From Nemertoderma westbladi (lineage: Eukaryota; Animalia; Xenacoelomorpha): DNA of 54,969 nt. Location of the stretch: the NCBI GenBank assembly GCA_032718475.1, contig JAUCBJ010006321.1, positions 1 to 54,969 of the forward strand. The letters are read 5' to 3'. Under the pieces are notes generated by a model. It saw only the letters and a program-made list of their open reading frames with translations, was not told the DNA's origin and searched no databases. Shown in pieces: positions 50,141 to 54,969 of this stretch. Numbering within the stretch: the first letter of the stretch is position 1; each line of letters starts with the position of its first letter. Made by a program: the position numbers and the translations under genes.

Positions 50141-51436
50141 TGCCAGCTACTGTAGGCAGATAATCAGCCTACTACTACTATAGGGAGATATCAGCCAGCT
50201 ACTATAGGGGGATATCAGCCTGTTACTATAGGGAGATATCAGTCTGCTACTGTAGGCAGATAATCAGCCTACTACTTCTATAGGGAGATATCAGTCTGCT
50301 ACTGTAGGCAGATAATCAGCCTACTACTACTATAGGGAGATATCAGCCTGCTACTATAGGGGGATATCAGCCTGTTACTATAGGGAGATATCAGTCTGCT
50401 ACTGTAGGCAGATAATCAGCCTACTACTTCTATAGGGAGATATCGGCCTGCTGCTATAGGGAGATATCAGTCTGCTACTGTAGGCAGATAATCAGCCTAC
50501 TACTACTATAGGGAGATATCAGCCTGTTACTATAGGGAGATATCAGTCTGCTACTGTAGGCAGATCAGCCTACTACTACTATAGGGAGATATCAGCCTGC
50601 TACTATAGGGGGATATCAGTCTGTTACTATAGGGAGATATCAGTCTGCTACTATAGGGAGATATCAGTCTGCTACTATAGGGAGATATCAGTCTGCTACT
50701 GTAGGGAGATATCAGCCTGCTACTGTAGGCAGATAATCAGCCTGCTACTGTAGGCAGATAATCAGCCTACTATTATAGGGAGATATCAGTCTGTTACTAT
50801 AGGGAGATATCAGCCTGTTACTATAGGGAGATATCAGTCTGTTACTGTAGGCAGATAATCAGCCTACTACTACTATAGGGAGATATCAGCCTGTTACTAT
50901 AGGGAGATATCAGTCTGTTACTATAGGGAGATATCAGTCTGCTACTGTAGGCAGATAATCAGCCTACTACTACTATAGGGAGATATCAGCCTGTTACTAT
51001 AGGGAGATATCAGTCTGCTACTGTAGGCAGATAATCAGCCTACTACTATAGGGAGATATCAGTCTGTTACTATAGGGAGATATCAGTCTGCTACTATAGG
51101 GAGATATCAGTCTGCTACTGTAGGCAGATAATCAGCCTACTACTATAGGGAGATATCAGTCTGTTACTATAGGGAGATATCAGTCTGCTACTATAGGGAG
51201 ATATCAGCCTGTTATTATAGGGAGATATCAGCCTGTTACTATAGGGAGATATCAGTCTGTTACTATAGGGAGATATCAGTCTGCTACTGTAGGCAGATAA
51301 TCAGCCTTCTACTACTATAGGGAGATATCAGTCTGTTACTATAGGGAGATATCAGCCTGTTACTATAGGGAGATATCATTCTGTTACTATAGGGAGATAT
51401 CAGTCTGCTACTATAGGGATATATCAGTCTGCTACG
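50141..51436. repeat. 24-28-bp minisatellite (CTACTATAGGGAGATATCAGTCTG with CTACTGTAGGCAGATAATCAGC variant), ~50 units
   Basis: Direct repetition of two interleaved monomer types; abuts the 42-bp array. Confidence 0.95.
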
Positions 51437-53290
51437 TTCTAACACTGACTGCATATCTGTTTATTCTAATATTATTTGTTCTAAGACTGACTGCATATCT
51501 GTTTATTAGCCAGTAATATTATTTGTTCTAACACTGACTGCATATCTGTTTATTCTAATATTATTTGCTCTAACACTGACTGCATAGCTGTTTATTCTAA
51601 TATTATTTGTTCTAAGACTGACTGCATATCTGTTTATTAGCCAGTAATATTATTTGTTCTAACACTGACTGCATATCTGTTTATTCTAATATTATTTGTT
51701 CTAACACTGACTGCATATCTGTTTATTCTAATATTATTTGTTCTAACACTGACTGCATATCTGTTTATTATAATATTATTTGTTCTAAAACTGACTGCAT
51801 ATCTCTTTATTCTAATATTATTTGTTCTAACACTGACTGCATATCTGTTTATTCTCCACTAATATTATTTGTTCTAACACTGACTGCATATCTGTTTATT
51901 CTAATATTATTTGTTCTAACACTGACTGCATATCTGTTTATTCTCCACTAATATTATTTGTTCTAACACTGACTGCATATCTGTTTATTCTAATATTATT
52001 TGTTCTAACACTGACTGCATATCTGTTTATTCTCCAGTAATATTATTTGTTCTAACACTGACTGCATATCTGTTTATTCTAATATTATTTGTTCTAACAC
52101 TGACTGCATATCTGTTTATTCTCCACTAATATTATTTGTTCTAACACTGACTGCATATCTGTTTATTCTAATATTATTTGTTCTAACACTGACTGCATAT
52201 CTGTTTATTCTCCAGTAATATTATTTGTTCTAACACTGACTGCATATCTCTTTATTCTAATATTATTTGTTCTAACACTGACTGCATATCTGTTTATTCT
52301 CCACTAATATTATTTGTTCTAACACTGACTGCATATCTGTTTATTCTAATATAATTTGTTCTAACACTGACTGCATATCTGTTTATTATAATATTATTTG
52401 TTCTAACACTGACTGCATATCTGTTTATTCTAATATTATTTGTTCTAACACTGACTGCATATCTGTTTATTCTAATATTATTTGTTCTAACACTGACTGC
52501 ATATCTGTTTATTATAATATTATTTGTTCTAACACTGACTGCATATCTGTTTATTCTAATATTATTTGTTCTAACACTGACTGCATATCTGTTTATTCTA
52601 ATAGTATTTGTTCTAAGACTGACTGCATATCTGTTTATTCTAATATTATTTGTTCTAACACTGACTGCATATCTGTTTATTCTAATATTATTTGTTCTAA
52701 CACTGACTGCATAGCTGTTTATTCTAATATTATTTGTTCTAAGACTGACTGCATATCTGTTTATTCTAATATTATTTGTTCTAACACTGACTGCATATCT
52801 GTTTATTCTCCACTAATATTATTTGTTCTAACACTGACTGCATATCTGTTTATTCTAATATTATTTGTTCTAACACTGACTGCATATCTGTTTATTCTCC
52901 ACTAATATTATTTGTTCTAACACTGACTGCATATCTGTTTATTCTAATATTATTTGTTCTAACACTGACTGCATATCTGTTTATTCTCCAGTAATATTAT
53001 TTGTTCTAACACTGACTGCATATCTGTTTATTCTAATATTATTTGTTCTAACACTGACTGCATATCTGTTTATTCTAATATTATTTGTTCTAACACTGAC
53101 TGCATATCTGTTTATTCTAATATTATTTGCTCTAACACTGACTGCATATCTCTTTATTCTAATATTATTTGTTCTAACACTGACTGCATATCTGTTTATT
53201 CTAATATTATTTGTTCTAACACTGACTGCATAGCTGTTTATTCTAATATTATTTGTTCTAACACTGACTGCATATCTGTTTATTCTCCAG
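51437..53290. repeat. 42/47-bp tandem array (TTCTAACACTGACTGCATATCTGTTTATTC[TCCAG]TAATATTATTTG), ~43 units, ending at the exon-7 acceptor
   Basis: Direct repetition; the last unit runs into TATTCTCCAG|exon. Confidence 0.97.
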
Positions 53291-53471
53291 ACTCGTTCCA
53301 GAATCCCCGAAATGGTTGCTTAGTCGCGGTAGGATATCCGCCGCTCGGAAGATTATAAACAGAGTAGCGAGAACCAATAGAAGACCGATTCCCGATGAGG
53401 TCAAAAAACAACTGGATGCGATGGAGGCAGAGGCAAGCAAATGGAAAACAGATAGGAAATCTAACCCACAG
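53291..53471 (+). CDS. SLC22 exon 7 (cytoplasmic loop); gene continues beyond the window
   Basis: Reads (L)LVPESPKWLLSRGRISAARKIINRVARTNRR...NPQ, with the PESPxWL motif. The donor CAG|gtgggt is the most likely end but is less certain. Confidence 0.92.
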
Positions 53472-53623
53472 GTGGGTGGGTGACAATGAGTTTTAGAGGT
53501 TTTACTAAATAATTCATTTAACAGTCAACTCCAGGGTGTCGGGTTAAGAATGAAAATATAGAATATGTTATGTAGAATACGTTAAAGCAGCATCTTGATC
53601 CAGAAATCAAATTAATTGTGAAC

Positions 53624-54453
53624 AGATCCAGGGGTAGATGGGCAGTATGTTCCCGGACCGTATGTTCCCGGACTTTATGTTCCCGGACAGTATGTTCCCG
53701 GACTATATGTTCCCATTTTTATTTTCTTGGCCATTAAACGGACTTTACGATCCCATCAAAACGGACCTTGTTGTGTTCCCAAAAATGATTTAGGTAAATG
53801 CGTATTTAAATGGTCATCACATATCCATTAAATAACACAAAACCGATTCCACTCCATATAGTAAACAGCTGTATTATGTAATATTGCTCATAATTTATTA
53901 TCTAAATTAAAATAAATTTTATTATAAACTATTGTGGTTTCTAAACCTAAACAAATAAATAAATTACACCTAAAATCAATAGAGCAATCACTATTTTAAA
54001 ATGTGAAAAATCTTCGCTAACATTTGGAAATTATGAAATTTCCTTGCAGTGGAATTGTATAATTTTTCACACCAGTTACCTTAATACATGTATATTGTGA
54101 ATCTTTTGTATATTTAAAAATAGGTAAACATTGCGATTTCAATATTATACATTATTATTTGTGATACTTTAAATTTACATCATTTTTGGCGGACAATATG
54201 TTTCCACATTTTTTTGTATTATTTTGAGAACATATTGTCCGGGAACATAATGTCCGGGAACATACTGTCCGGGAACATAACGTCCGGGAACATAATGTCC
54301 GGGAACATACTATCCGGGAACATAACGTCGGGGAACATAACATCCGGGAAAATACCGTCCGGGAACATAACGTCCGGGAACATACTGTCCGGGAACATAC
54401 TGTCCGGGAACATACCGTCCGAGAACATACTGTGCTGTTGTCAATCTAGGATC
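53624..54453. mobile_element. Foldback-type non-autonomous element with inverted 15-bp subterminal arrays
   Basis: About 5 x TATGTTCCCGGACAG at 53645-53715 and about 14 inverted copies at 54226-54432. Exact termini are uncertain. Confidence 0.8.
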
Positions 54454-54969
54454 CAATTCCAATCCAATATCCATTACAAATATCCTGAAAGCAATATTTA
54501 CTACGTTTAAGTATAATCGTTTTATATAATATAGGCCAATGTAGCATTACTTATTTTTATTTCAATACCGGTACTTGAAATTGTTAACTTTAGCCTTTAT
54601 AGCATAAGTCGTTAAGCACGTTTTGTTTGTAACTAATAATAAATTGTACAGTATATGTATAATCTTTCTTATTTGTGCATGTTTTAAATTTGCTGCTATG
54701 TATGTGTTGTCTCCGGACAGCGGACACCGAATAATATATTATAATACATTATTATGCGTTAATTACAATAAATATACCATAGAAGATATGAGATTAAAAT
54801 ATCATCTAGACATGTCCTGCAAATAGATCGATCTCTTAAAAGCACTTCATTTTATCGAAATTGATCATTATTCTAGACACCGATGCCTCCATTGATAAAA
54901 CAACAGTGCGATAAACTCACCTATACCTCGATCGTGCTCGTAAAGAAAAGATATCTTCGTAAAAGAACC

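Noticed and set aside
50141-51436. ACTATAGGGAGA matches the 3' half of the T7 promoter (vector contamination?)
   Set aside because: The upstream TAATACGACTC is absent and the motif is part of a naturally diverged intronic minisatellite.
54155-54510. Pentapeptide-repeat ORFs (SGNIT / MFPDV)
   Set aside because: They are translations of the 15-bp subterminal repeats of a foldback element.
1-54969. Hammerhead ribozyme / retrozyme cores in the tandem arrays
   Set aside because: By eye I found no CTGANGA...GAAA core with flanking stems; a covariance-model search would be needed to exclude them fully.

Overview
AT-rich, repeat-dense genomic DNA from an invertebrate animal; the taxon cannot be assigned from the sequence. 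Three host genes can be reconstructed by hand. (1) A 6-exon class A GPCR on the minus strand (15937->5797, 359 aa, FMRFamide-receptor/GPR139-142-like motifs). (2) The 5' seven exons of an SLC22 organic ion transporter on the plus strand (24280->53471, continuing past the window). (3) An intact, intronless RGP1 gene nested antisense in SLC22 intron 4. The introns and intergenic DNA hold a near-intact L2 LINE whose ORF1 and ORF2 read as one frame across a minisatellite, and a decayed APE-type LINE whose 5' coding region carries a Ulp1/SENP-like (C48) protease motif set. They also hold remnants of Gypsy, CRE-type and RTE retroelements, several TIR/foldback elements and many tandem arrays. The most unusual signals are the protease-bearing APE LINE, a 1.85-kb tandem array built from the SLC22 exon-7 splice acceptor, a ~51-copy UUCG-hairpin array inside a SINE-like element, the fused-ORF L2 and the nested RGP1 gene. 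All calls come from manual reading and remembered family motifs; no searches were run.
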